This document shows, in pieces, positions 1-8,395 of a stretch of 64,000 bases of DNA; position 1 is the first letter of the stretch; each line of letters starts with the position of its first letter. Source of the DNA: Planctomycetota bacterium (lineage in GTDB: Bacteria > Planctomycetota > Brocadiia > Brocadiales > Bathyanammoxibiaceae). The notes beneath the pieces are model-generated. The model was not told where the DNA came from, did no database searches, and saw only the letters and a list, made by a program, of their open reading frames with translations. The stretch covers positions 823 to 64,822 of the forward strand of contig JACQVQ010000012.1 in NCBI GenBank assembly GCA_016209685.1, read 5' to 3'. Made by a program: the position numbers and the translations under genes.

Positions 1-1
1 C

Positions 2-427
2 TTTGTCCTATACTTTGTCACGAATCTCCTGGTGCTCTACGGTTCCAGGATAAGGGAATACTATGCGGATTTAGGCAGTGTGAAATTAGGAAATACGCCC
101 CACGATATGGCCACCGCCCTGTACAAACTCGTATACGGCAGTGCTAAGGTGCCCAAGGAGGCACTACATGAATGTGAGGGCTACAAGGCCTTCTTTGCTA
201 ACGACCCCTCCAGGGCCAGGAGTGAGATAAAAGACCTTAGACAGCTTGACGCTGACATGAGTGGGAGCATTGATGCCAATGAGCTTGAGGCCTTAAGGAG
301 CGGAAGGGTAAAGGTGGGTCTTGGCGATAGGTTTTTAGAGATATTTAGTACCCATCCCAATATGCTCAAGAGGATAGGGTACCTGTCCAGGCTTGGCCCC
401 GTGTATATGGAGAGACGAGGGGCATAG
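2..427 (+). CDS. htpX: HtpX/M48-family zinc metalloprotease, C-terminal part (5' end outside window)
   Basis: Frame is open from the window edge. SRIREYYAD and FSTHPNMLKRIGYL resemble the conserved C-terminal RE..AD and THP....RI segments of HtpX-type peptidases. Confidence 0.65.
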   Translation, partial: FVLYFVTNLLVLYGSRIREYYADLGSVKLGNTPHDMATALYKLVYGSAKVPKEALHECEGYKAFFANDPSRARSEIKDLRQLDADMSGSIDANELEALRSGRVKVGLGDRFLEIFSTHPNMLKRIGYLSRLGPVYMERRGA

Positions 428-443
428 AGGGAAACGATGCCCA

Positions 444-680
444 ATGGCTGTCAAGGCCTACATCCTGGTTGACATAACCACAGGGGTAAAGACCCAGGAA
501 ATCCTGGACGAGTTAAATTCTATTGCTGGGGTAAAGACTGCCGAGGCAGTCTCTGGCCCGCATGACATCGTTGTAGTGGTTGAGACGGCAGACCTAAAGG
601 GCCTTGGCAATCTCGTCCTCTCCAGGGTTAGAACAATAACGGGGGTTACAAAGACTATCACCTGCTGTTGCGTACAGTAG
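444..680 (+). CDS. small stand-alone Lrp/AsnC-type ligand-binding domain protein
   Basis: 78 aa from ATG 444 (MAVKAYILVDITTG...VSGPHDIVVVVE). The pattern fits the AsnC_trans_reg fold. The longer 393 start overlaps the htpX end. Confidence 0.6.
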   Translation: MAVKAYILVDITTGVKTQEILDELNSIAGVKTAEAVSGPHDIVVVVETADLKGLGNLVLSRVRTITGVTKTITCCCVQ

Positions 681-755
681 CTCCGACTTTTTAAGTGCGG
701 AGTAGTTCTGTACCCCTGGCTAGATAGGATATTGAAAACGGCTCATAGAATAGAT

Positions 756-1547
756 ATGAATAGAAGACTCCTACAAGGTGTATTAGTCCTTTTTTGCCTC
801 TTTGCCCTCCCGTCTGGGTGCAAGAAGGATAAGGCGGACAGGGCGAAGGAAGAGCTTAAGGTAGAGAGGAAGAAGCGGGAGGAAAGCTCCGAGAAGTATA
901 AAGAGGTACTGCAGTCCCTCGCAGAAGAGAAGAAACGGGCAGAAAACCTGGAGAGGGTGTTAATGGAGCTGGGGGAGCGGCTGGAAAAGCAGGGTAAACC
1001 ACTCCCTGCAGAGGTTGGCAAACTCAGGGCTAAGGAGAAGGAAAAAGAAAAGAAAGAAGCCGCCGAAAAAGGCGTAGAGAAGTTATTAGAACTGGGGAAT
1101 CAATTCTACTCCAGGGGTAATTACCCTGCCGCCAGAGAGGTCTATTCTTCAGCCCTGGAATTGGGGGTCAATGACCCCACGGTGTACATGAGACTGGGCA
1201 AATGCTGCGTAGAGGCCAAAGAATATGACAAGGCCATTTCCTTTTTAGAAAATGCAGTGGCCCAATTGAAGGAAAAGGGGACGCAAGAGCATCTTTGTTC
1301 ACTATATAACAATCTTGGATGGCTCTACACCGAGAAGAAGAAGTTCAAAGAGGCCGAGAAGACCTATCTGGAGGCCGTAAAACTTGACCCTAAGTATGTC
1401 AATGCCTATTATAATTTGGGACTACTCTATGACTTACATCTAAAAGACGAACTGGGGGCCATTGAATGCTTTGAGAGGTACATAGAGTTAAAGGGGGAAA
1501 GGTCCTCCTCTGTAAAGAAGAGACTTGCGGAAATAAGACAGAGGTGA
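756..1547 (+). CDS. lipoprotein with KE-rich coiled coil and TPR repeats
   Basis: MNRRLLQGVLVLFCLFALPSGC signal plus lipobox from ATG 756. Followed by a charged coil, then a TPR-like pattern (YSSALELG, YNNLGWLY, YYNLGLLY). Confidence 0.7.
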   Translation: MNRRLLQGVLVLFCLFALPSGCKKDKADRAKEELKVERKKREESSEKYKEVLQSLAEEKKRAENLERVLMELGERLEKQGKPLPAEVGKLRAKEKEKEKKEAAEKGVEKLLELGNQFYSRGNYPAAREVYSSALELGVNDPTVYMRLGKCCVEAKEYDKAISFLENAVAQLKEKGTQEHLCSLYNNLGWLYTEKKKFKEAEKTYLEAVKLDPKYVNAYYNLGLLYDLHLKDELGAIECFERYIELKGERSSSVKKRLAEIRQR

Positions 1548-1644
1548 GGGAGAAATCTCTTGACTTTCTTTATTAATCGTGTAAATAAGTAGCCTGAGAA
1601 TATACTGGGGGCACAAAGGGATGAAAGGAGGGTAAGCGAGGAAG

Positions 1645-1794
1645 ATGGAGTTCGCTGATGTAATCTATTGGGTACTAGCTGCGGCCGAAGGGAAAAAGAT
1701 GCCGCCGTTGATACCTCATGTCTATGTAATCCCCATTGTTTTTGTTATTGGCGTGGGAGTAGGTTATTGGTACCGTGGGAAGAAGGCCGGATAA
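1645..1794 (+). CDS. small single-pass membrane protein (49 aa), absent from ORF track
   Basis: Hand translation: MEFADVIYWVLAAAEGKKMPPLIPHVYVIPIVFVIGVGVGYWYRGKKAG, stop TAA at 1792. AGGAGG-type RBS upstream. Paralogous to 1844-1996. Confidence 0.55.
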   Translation: MEFADVIYWVLAAAEGKKMPPLIPHVYVIPIVFVIGVGVGYWYRGKKAG

Positions 1795-1843
1795 TAATTA
1801 CCCCATCTGTTGAATTTTCTGGGAGAAGAAAGGAGGGTATACA

Positions 1844-1996
1844 ATGGATTTTTTAAGTCCAGATAGCCTTGCGTGGTTTCTTGCTGAGGCGCCTGCCAAG
1901 AAGGGTTTTTTGAGCGGGAAGGTTATTATTATAGTCGTAGGGTTATTGCTTGTCGTAGGCGGAATCTACTGGTACCGTAGTCGCGGTGCGAAGTAG
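1844..1996 (+). CDS. small single-pass membrane protein (50 aa), paralog of 1645-1794
   Basis: Hand translation: MDFLSPDSLAWFLAEAPAKKGFLSGKVIIIVVGLLLVVGGIYWYRSRGAK. AGGAGG lies 7 nt upstream of the ATG. Shares the hydrophobic helix plus YWYR-basic tail with its neighbour. Confidence 0.55.
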   Translation: MDFLSPDSLAWFLAEAPAKKGFLSGKVIIIVVGLLLVVGGIYWYRSRGAK

Positions 1997-2056
1997 TTAA
2001 CCGCTTGTTTCTTCAATTCACTCTGGAGGGGCTAAGGGCAGAGAAGTTTTTATCCT

Positions 2057-3709
2057 TTAGTCTGCACACTTTACCACTTCGGTAACCTCCCGGGACTCGG
2101 CAGTCTTCTTTAGTTCCACCCTTGCCTTCTCCAGAGTGTCTAAGAAGTCTTCCCTTGCAAAGTCTTGTCTCCACTTCTCTAGTATAATCCTCCCCCCCAA
2201 TCTTAGCCGCAGGTTCCTGAATTTCCTCCAACTCTGGCGCCTGGCATGTGCAAGACTCTTTTTAAGGAGGGTGCCCAGGGGCATCCTCCTGCCTCTCAGT
2301 AACCCACCAAAGAATTTGCCTAGAAACCGTATCCCCACTTCCAGAGGATAAAGGGGTACCTGGTAGAGGAGTCTAGGGAACATCCACAAGTTGTAAAATC
2401 TATTCACAAGCCTCTCTGTCTGGGACATAAAATCCCCGGGGTCTATGTCTGAGTCTGGTTCAAAACACAACCAGTTCCCGTCGTACTTGTTGTAATTCAC
2501 AAGGCTCAGGGGATAAAGCCTGTTCTCCTCCTTTAATTTCTTTTCCAGCCCCGTCCCTGGTAGCGGAACGGGTTTTACTATCTGGACGGTGTCAATATCG
2601 TTTCTCTTAATGAACTGCCAGAACCTCTCTACCCTTTCCGATATAGACATGTTTAGCTTACACCTGGAATCCTTAAAGGTAGGATAACCCAGTATGAACA
2701 TGCCGTGGATGTAAAAACCGTGTCTCTTGAGGGTCTGGGTATATTCATCCAGTTTCTTTAGATTGAGCCCCTTCTTCATGTTCTTCAGGTCTTCCTCAAT
2801 GGGAGACTCGTAGCCTATGCAAAGTAGCTCTACGCCCGCCTCCCTCATAAGCTCCAGGAGTTCCTCTTCCCTGGCCACGTCCGCCCTGACCTGTACGGAG
2901 AAATGCAGTCTCTGTCCCATCTTCCGTTTATATTCTGTAATCATCTTGCAGAGTTCAGCCGTGCTATCCCTCTCCTGGGCGAAGTTGTCGTCCGTGACGA
3001 AAAAATTCTTGTAGCCATTCTCTGCAGACCTTACTATCTCCTCCATGACGTAACCCGGGGAGCTACTCCTGGTGTGGCCCAGGTGCTGGCTAACGGCACA
3101 GAACTCACAGACAAAGTTGCACCCCCTGGTCCTCCCTAGAGGGATGAGCGTTATGCGGGTCTTCGGGTCCCTTATCAGGCTAAAGTCGGGGTAGGGGAGG
3201 CGGTCAAGGTCCTGGATGGGTGCCCTCCTCGGTGTATACACAATTTTGCCTCCCCTCTCAAAGGATATTCCTGAGACGGTTGAGAGTTCCTTTCCAGAAG
3301 AAATAGCCCTTACTACCTCAGGGAGGATATGTTCCCCCTCCCCCATGACTACCACGTCTACACCAGAGGATAGGGCCTCCTCCACACAGGCATTAATATG
3401 GTTCCCCCCCGCTATCGTAGGAACCCCCAGGCCTTGATAAACAGAGGCCACCTCATAAAGCCTGGGAATGGTAGAAGTAAGTCCCCCGTAAAGGCCCACC
3501 GCGTCTGCCGGACGCTCCTTCTGAATAAGCCTATGGTCCAGTGGGCCACTAAAGTTATTCTCGTCTATTATTTCTACCTTGAATCCCTCCACGGAGGTAA
3601 CTGCGGTCGCCACGCCCACAGCGCCCCTGGGAGGCATTTTTATCCTGCTGTAGACGTTGAAATAGGGAAATTTTGGTATTACTAATCTAAAGAGTTTCAT
3701 CCTACCCAC
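2057..3709 (-). CDS. B12-binding-domain radical SAM protein
   Basis: N-terminal cobalamin-binding-like domain, a CNFVCEFC (CxxxCxxC) radical SAM cluster motif, and a long basic C-terminal extension. Confidence 0.8.
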   Translation of the reverse strand: MGRMKLFRLVIPKFPYFNVYSRIKMPPRGAVGVATAVTSVEGFKVEIIDENNFSGPLDHRLIQKERPADAVGLYGGLTSTIPRLYEVASVYQGLGVPTIAGGNHINACVEEALSSGVDVVVMGEGEHILPEVVRAISSGKELSTVSGISFERGGKIVYTPRRAPIQDLDRLPYPDFSLIRDPKTRITLIPLGRTRGCNFVCEFCAVSQHLGHTRSSSPGYVMEEIVRSAENGYKNFFVTDDNFAQERDSTAELCKMITEYKRKMGQRLHFSVQVRADVAREEELLELMREAGVELLCIGYESPIEEDLKNMKKGLNLKKLDEYTQTLKRHGFYIHGMFILGYPTFKDSRCKLNMSISERVERFWQFIKRNDIDTVQIVKPVPLPGTGLEKKLKEENRLYPLSLVNYNKYDGNWLCFEPDSDIDPGDFMSQTERLVNRFYNLWMFPRLLYQVPLYPLEVGIRFLGKFFGGLLRGRRMPLGTLLKKSLAHARRQSWRKFRNLRLRLGGRIILEKWRQDFAREDFLDTLEKARVELKKTAESREVTEVVKCAD

Positions 3710-3886
3710 CCCTCCCTATATGCTATTGACTTGCTTGTATGATTTTGTTAAATGTTATCCTTCTTTTATGGAAAGCACTGGCCCAATAGTTAACCAGACT
3801 GGGCTAAGAATTTCAACACAATTTTCCTCGTACCAAGAGTTTTTTAAAGTGGGTTATAATGTCAGGATGGAATCAAAGCACGGGCT

Positions 3887-6196
3887 ATGAAAGGACTTGC
3901 ACAGATGCAAAAGTTTAAGTTGTCTGCCATGATGCTACTAGCCCTGGTGGGGCTGTCCGCCTTAGGCGGATTAGGGAGTGCCTTTGCCGGGGTTGCCCAC
4001 GGGACCGGGACCTCCCCGGAGGAATTGCCGAAGCTGTGGTATCTTGCCCCATTAGGTGCCCTCATGGGATTGGTATTCGCCTTCAAATACTACCGGGGGG
4101 TCATGGCCTCTCCCCCGGGGAACAAGCTCATGGTGGAGATAGCAGGCCACGTAAAGGAAGGGGCCTATGCCTACCTGAGGCAACAGTATAAGGTAGTGGC
4201 AGGCATCTTCCTGTTAATGGCCATTGTGTTATCCATATTAGCCTTCGTGCTTGATATACAATCCAGACTGGTACCCTTCGGTTTCCTGTCCGCTGGTACC
4301 CTGTCTGGGTTGGCGGGTTTTCTTGGTATGCGGATTGCCACCCAGGCCAGTTCCCGTACTGCCGAGGCCGCGAGGCACTCACTTAACCGTGGCCTCCAGG
4401 TGGCCCTCCATAGTGGGGCCGTTATGGGGCTAGTGGTAGTGGGTTTGGCCCTTTTAGACCTTTCTCTATGGTTCTTCGTCCTGCGCCACTATACTAATCT
4501 CTCTCTTGACCATATCGTCCTGAGCATGCTCTGCTTCGGCATGGGCGCCAGTTTCCAGGCCCTCTTTGCCAGGGTAGGGGGGGGCATCTACACCAAGGCC
4601 GCTGACGTCGGTGCAGACCTGGTAGGCAAGGTGGAGGCCAACATCCCCGAAGATGACCCCAGAAACCCTGCCGTCATTGCAGATAATGTTGGCGATAACG
4701 TTGGGGACGTAGCGGGCATGGGTGCGGACCTATATGAGTCCTATTATGGTTCTATCCTGGCCGCCAACGCCCTGGGGGTGACTGCTGGTCTTGGGATTAA
4801 GGCCGTAGTCCTGCCCATGTCTCTAGCAGGCCTGGGCGTCATACTATCCATAATAGGCTTTTTTGTGGTGAGGACCCCCGAGCACGTCTCACAAAAGGCC
4901 CTCTTACAGGCCTTTGGTAGAGGGGTTAATCTGAGTTCTTTCCTGATACTAATCGTCTCAGCCGTGCTTATATACGTCCTCGTACCTGAGCACCTTGGCC
5001 TCTGGGGCTCTATCGCCTCGGGGCTTATTGCAGGGGTAATCATTGGCAGAATCACGGAATATTACACCTCGGACGCCTATTCCCCCACAAGAGAGATAGC
5101 TGACTCCGCACTAACGGGCCCCGCTACAGTAATCCTCTCTGGCATATCTAGCGGGATGCTCTCCACTGCCATGGCAGGCGTCACCATTGCCCTGGGGATT
5201 CTGCTGGCCTTCACCTTTGCAGAGGGATTTGCTAACCTCACGTTAGGACTCTATGGCATTGCCATTGCCGCCGTGGGGATGCTCTCCACCCTGGGGATAA
5301 CCCTGGCCACCGATGCCTACGGTCCGGTGGCCGATAATGCGGGGGGTAATGCCCAGATGAGTGGTCTCCCACCAGAAGTAAGGGAGAGGACTGAGATGCT
5401 GGACGCCCTAGGCAATACCACTGCGGCCACCGGGAAGGGTTTTGCCATCGGCTCGGCGGCCCTGACTGCCATGGCCTTGCTGGCCGCCTACGTAGGGGAG
5501 ATTCACGTGGCCTTAGAGAGGGGCGGCGTGGATAAGCTGACCCTCAATGGACGCACCGTTGACGTACATACGGCCAGTTTTATGGACTTTATGGAATACT
5601 ATAACGTAACCCTGATGAACCCCAAGGTGTTGGTGGGTATCATGTTAGGGGCCATGGTATCCTTTGTCTTTAGTGCCCTGGCCATCCGTGCTGTGGGAAG
5701 GGCGGCCCAGAGGATGGTGGAAGAGGTCAGGAGGCAGTTCCGAGAGATAAAAGGTATTATGGAAGGTAAGGCTAAGCCGGATTATGCCGCCTGCGTGGCC
5801 ATCAGCACTAGTGGCGCCCAGAGGGCGATGATGCTCCCAGCCACGCTAGCCATACTTATGCCTGTGGCGGTGGGCCTACTCCTTGGAGTCCCTGCCGTGA
5901 TGGGACTTCTGGTAGGGTCCTTGTCTACTGGTTTTCTGCTGGCCATATTCATGGCCAACTCCGGGGGCGCCTGGGACAATGCGAAGAAGTATATAGAGAG
6001 GGGAGCACACGGTGGGAAGGGATCTCCCGCCCATAAGGCAGCTGTGGTGGGCGATACAGTGGGTGACCCGTTTAAGGATACCGCCGGCCCCTCCCTGAAC
6101 ATCCTTGTCAAGCTTATGGCTATAGTCTCTGTAGTCTTTGCCGGGGTGGTAGTGAGTTATTCGCCAAAGATATCTGCCCTCTTGCATCTGCAATAG
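3887..6196 (+). CDS. hppA: membrane-bound H+(or Na+)-translocating pyrophosphatase
   Basis: 769 aa polytopic protein with GDNVGDVAGMGADLYESY, DNAGGNAQM and GGAWDNAKKYIE signature segments. Confidence 0.95.
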   Translation: MKGLAQMQKFKLSAMMLLALVGLSALGGLGSAFAGVAHGTGTSPEELPKLWYLAPLGALMGLVFAFKYYRGVMASPPGNKLMVEIAGHVKEGAYAYLRQQYKVVAGIFLLMAIVLSILAFVLDIQSRLVPFGFLSAGTLSGLAGFLGMRIATQASSRTAEAARHSLNRGLQVALHSGAVMGLVVVGLALLDLSLWFFVLRHYTNLSLDHIVLSMLCFGMGASFQALFARVGGGIYTKAADVGADLVGKVEANIPEDDPRNPAVIADNVGDNVGDVAGMGADLYESYYGSILAANALGVTAGLGIKAVVLPMSLAGLGVILSIIGFFVVRTPEHVSQKALLQAFGRGVNLSSFLILIVSAVLIYVLVPEHLGLWGSIASGLIAGVIIGRITEYYTSDAYSPTREIADSALTGPATVILSGISSGMLSTAMAGVTIALGILLAFTFAEGFANLTLGLYGIAIAAVGMLSTLGITLATDAYGPVADNAGGNAQMSGLPPEVRERTEMLDALGNTTAATGKGFAIGSAALTAMALLAAYVGEIHVALERGGVDKLTLNGRTVDVHTASFMDFMEYYNVTLMNPKVLVGIMLGAMVSFVFSALAIRAVGRAAQRMVEEVRRQFREIKGIMEGKAKPDYAACVAISTSGAQRAMMLPATLAILMPVAVGLLLGVPAVMGLLVGSLSTGFLLAIFMANSGGAWDNAKKYIERGAHGGKGSPAHKAAVVGDTVGDPFKDTAGPSLNILVKLMAIVSVVFAGVVVSYSPKISALLHLQ

Positions 6197-6197
6197 G

Positions 6198-6262
6198 AGA
6201 ATTCAGTAGTCAGTAGTCAGAATTCAGGATATTCTTTATTCTGAATTCTGTATTCTGAGTTC
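6198..6262. repeat. heptamer-periodic hairpin element (CAGAATT/CAGTAGT flavour)
   Basis: The sequence GAATTCAGTAGTCAGTAGTCAGAATTCAGG is followed by a short loop and then TCTGAATTCTGTATTCTGAG. It lies between the hppA stop and the rsfS 5' end. Confidence 0.8.
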
Positions 6263-6653
6263 CGAGGTTAGAGGTACGTTAGAGCCTAAAGAAATCGCCC
6301 AGCTATTCGCCCAGATAGCCGATAATAAAAAGGCCGAGGACGTCGTCATCCTTGACCTGCGCAGGCTTACTTTCTTTACGGAGTTCTTTGTCATCTGCAG
6401 TGGTATAAATCCCCGGCAACTCCAGGCCATCGTTGATGAGATAGGGAAGGAGGCGAGGGAGCGGGGTCTATCCAAGCTAGCAATAGAAGGCTACCACGAG
6501 GCTAGATGGATACTCCTTGACTACGGCGACGTTATTATGCACCTCTTCAACAAAGAGGCCCGCCATTTTTATGACCTGGAACTCCTCTGGGGCGATGCCC
6601 CCAGGGTAAAGTGTCACCCTGCTAAGACGGCAGGAAAGACAGGCAACAAGTAA
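6252..6653 (+). CDS. rsfS: ribosomal silencing factor RsfS (start codon uncertain, no canonical start in frame)
   Basis: Hand translation: ...EPKEIAQLFAQIADNKKAEDVVILDLRRLTFFTEFFVICSG...WILLDYGDVIMHLF...FYDLELLW, typical RsfS/iojap. Stop TAA at 6651. Not in the ORF track because there is no ATG/GTG/TTG between stop 6216 and the conserved core. Confidence 0.75.
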   Translation: MLSSEVRGTLEPKEIAQLFAQIADNKKAEDVVILDLRRLTFFTEFFVICSGINPRQLQAIVDEIGKEARERGLSKLAIEGYHEARWILLDYGDVIMHLFNKEARHFYDLELLWGDAPRVKCHPAKTAGKTGNK

Positions 6654-6730
6654 CAAGAAACAGGTAACAGGCAACAGGTTACAGGAAAAGAAATTTTTAC
6701 CTGTCCCCTGTTTCCTGTCCCCTGTTTCCT
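6631..6730. repeat. heptamer-periodic hairpin element (AACAGGN flavour)
   Basis: AACAGGC AACAAGT AACAAGA AACAGGT AACAGGC AACAGGT TACAGGA, then CTGTCCC CTGTTTC CTGTCCC CTGTTTC. The left arm encodes the rsfS C-terminal residues. Confidence 0.8.
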
Positions 6731-6776
6731 AATTATTTGACAGGGAGGGGATTATATGCTATGGTTGCGTCTTAAG

Positions 6777-6858
6777 ATTCGGTTGTCGGCTACCAGTCAT
6801 TGGCTGACGGTACTCTGGAAGCCGAAGACCGATGCCTGAGGGCCGAAAACCGAAACCA
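6777..6858. repeat. heptamer-periodic hairpin element (CCGA flavour)
   Basis: ATTCGGT TGTCGGC TACCAGT ... AAGCCGA AGACCGA TGCCTGA GGGCCGA AAACCGA AACCAGA. Confidence 0.7.
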
Positions 6859-6875
6859 GATTTGGAGGTATAACC

Positions 6876-7475
6876 TTGAGAGCCTTGTCTTTACTCCTTT
6901 GCCTCCTTTTCTTCCAGGGGGTATCCCTGGCAGAAGAGCCTGAAAAATCTCCTCCTGAGCTCCCCGCTGTAGAGGCAGGAAAAGATGCTGTAGGGTTTAA
7001 AGATACCGCGGAGGCAGACATCCGTCAAGCTGTAGAAGAAATAGAAAAGGGGGCTGTAGAGGCCCCAGCAAAGCCACCAGTTGCAGAACCACCGGTGAAG
7101 GAGGAAAAGAAGAAACCAGAGGTTATCACCCCAGAGGCGCCTCCAGAGGAAAAGAGGAAAAAGGAGAAGTGGGTAGGTATTGAAGGGGGCTTTGCCCACA
7201 GAGGCGTTACCGTGCACCAGGGAAGCTATACCTTTGTTACTCAGTTTGACGGGGAGATGATAAATAACACAGGTATAAATTATAGTATAGTAAAGTTTGT
7301 ATTCGGTACCTATGATAGTAGGGGACGGGTAATCAAAGAGGAGTCCTTCCATATCATAGATTTTAAGAACGGAGGGATTATGCCCTTCAAGGGCACTGTA
7401 GTGGACGGTTTTAAGGAGATAGCAAGTTTCAAAATAAGACTCAAATCCGGGGTGGCTGCGGCTACGGCTAAATAA
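6876..7475 (+). CDS. secreted protein: signal peptide, PEK-rich linker, C-terminal beta-rich domain
   Basis: TTG start after GGAGG. MRALSLLLCLLFFQGVSLA signal, then a P/E/K linker. The C-terminal part (KFVFGTYDSRGRVI) vaguely resembles FxLYD-type domains. Confidence 0.6.
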   Translation: MRALSLLLCLLFFQGVSLAEEPEKSPPELPAVEAGKDAVGFKDTAEADIRQAVEEIEKGAVEAPAKPPVAEPPVKEEKKKPEVITPEAPPEEKRKKEKWVGIEGGFAHRGVTVHQGSYTFVTQFDGEMINNTGINYSIVKFVFGTYDSRGRVIKEESFHIIDFKNGGIMPFKGTVVDGFKEIASFKIRLKSGVAAATAK

Positions 7476-7493
7476 GGAGGAGGAAAAGGAGTT

Positions 7494-8198
7494 ATGACCA
7501 CCCATAGTGATTCCAGTGAAGAGGCCACTTCGTTATCTCAGCAGGAGATGGAAGGACAGGGTAGTAATCTGGCTCAGGTGGAAGGGTATCCGGACGGTAG
7601 CACTGCCGAGCGTCTGGAGGATGGTGGCAACGGTAAGCCCCGTACCTCAATGGTGCAGGACGAGCCTCAGGTCCCTGGAAAGGGTCCTGAGGAGATAAAG
7701 GTCTTGGTAGAGGCCCTACTCTTTGCCACTGACCAGCCATTGCCACTGAAGAGGTTGGTGGAGATATTGGGGGCTGAAAAGGGGTGCATCTCACAGGCGG
7801 TTGAGCTGCTACGCCAGGAGTATGAATCCACTCAGCGGGCCTTTCATGTGGAAGAGATTGCGGGAGGGTACCAACTCCTATCCAAGCCAGAATACCACCA
7901 GTGGATATGCCTCCTGGAAAAGAAGAATACCGAGAGCAAGCTCTCCCCGGCCGCATTGGAGACGCTGGCTATCATAGCCTATAAGCAACCCATCCTCCGC
8001 GCCGCCATTGAAGCCATTCGTGGCGTAGAATCCAGCCAGATGCTCAGGAGTCTTATAGAAAAAGGGTTGGTAAAGATTGTGGGTAAAGACGAGAGCCTGG
8101 GGCGCCCCCTCCTTTACGGAACCACCAAGAGATTCCTGGAGTACTTTGGTCTAAATTCCCTTAATGCCCTCCCCAGGACACAAGAACTCTCCAGTTAA
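7494..8198 (+). CDS. scpB: segregation and condensation protein B, with acidic N-terminal extension
   Basis: LVEALLFATDQPLPLKRLVEILG, LSPAALETLAIIAYKQPI, GRPLLYGTTKRFLEYFGL match ScpB winged-helix repeats. Strong GGAGG RBS. Confidence 0.85.
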   Translation: MTTHSDSSEEATSLSQQEMEGQGSNLAQVEGYPDGSTAERLEDGGNGKPRTSMVQDEPQVPGKGPEEIKVLVEALLFATDQPLPLKRLVEILGAEKGCISQAVELLRQEYESTQRAFHVEEIAGGYQLLSKPEYHQWICLLEKKNTESKLSPAALETLAIIAYKQPILRAAIEAIRGVESSQMLRSLIEKGLVKIVGKDESLGRPLLYGTTKRFLEYFGLNSLNALPRTQELSS

Positions 8199-8225
8199 AG
8201 ATGAACCTCCTTGCGGAGATGTAGA

Positions 8226-8336
8226 CCAGGGGTCAGGAATTAGAGAAAAGATTGTGTTGTAAATTGTAAATTGGAAATTTTAAATTTAAAATTTTCAATC
8301 TGCATTTTACAATCTCCCCTAACCCCCGCCTCCTGG
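8226..8336. repeat. nested heptamer-periodic hairpin (G-rich outer layer, TTGTAAA inner layer)
   Basis: Outer layer: CAGGGGT CAGGAAT TAGAGAAAAGATT ... CTCCCCT AACCCCC. Inner layer: TTGTAAA TTGTAAA TTGGAAA TTTTAAA ... TTTTCAA TCTGCAT TTTACAA. Confidence 0.8.
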
Positions 8337-8395
8337 AGTAATGGATAACTCCCCCGTACATGAAGTTGTTTATGTTTATGAGTAATGCAAAAGAC

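Noticed and set aside
1668-1856. 62-aa ORF from the track
   Set aside because: It is out of frame with, and overlaps, the two RBS-preceded mini membrane protein ORFs, which are mutually paralogous and so better supported.
6891-7505. 204-aa minus-strand ORF
   Set aside because: It is antisense to the secreted-protein gene 6876-7475, which has a proper signal peptide and RBS. Its composition is typical of a shadow frame.
8199-8395. Cobalamin riboswitch upstream of cobT, and an FMN riboswitch upstream of ribE (20628-20696)
   Set aside because: Both gaps are filled by heptamer and REP repeats. I could not find a B12 box or the conserved RFN core, and the ribE gap is too short.
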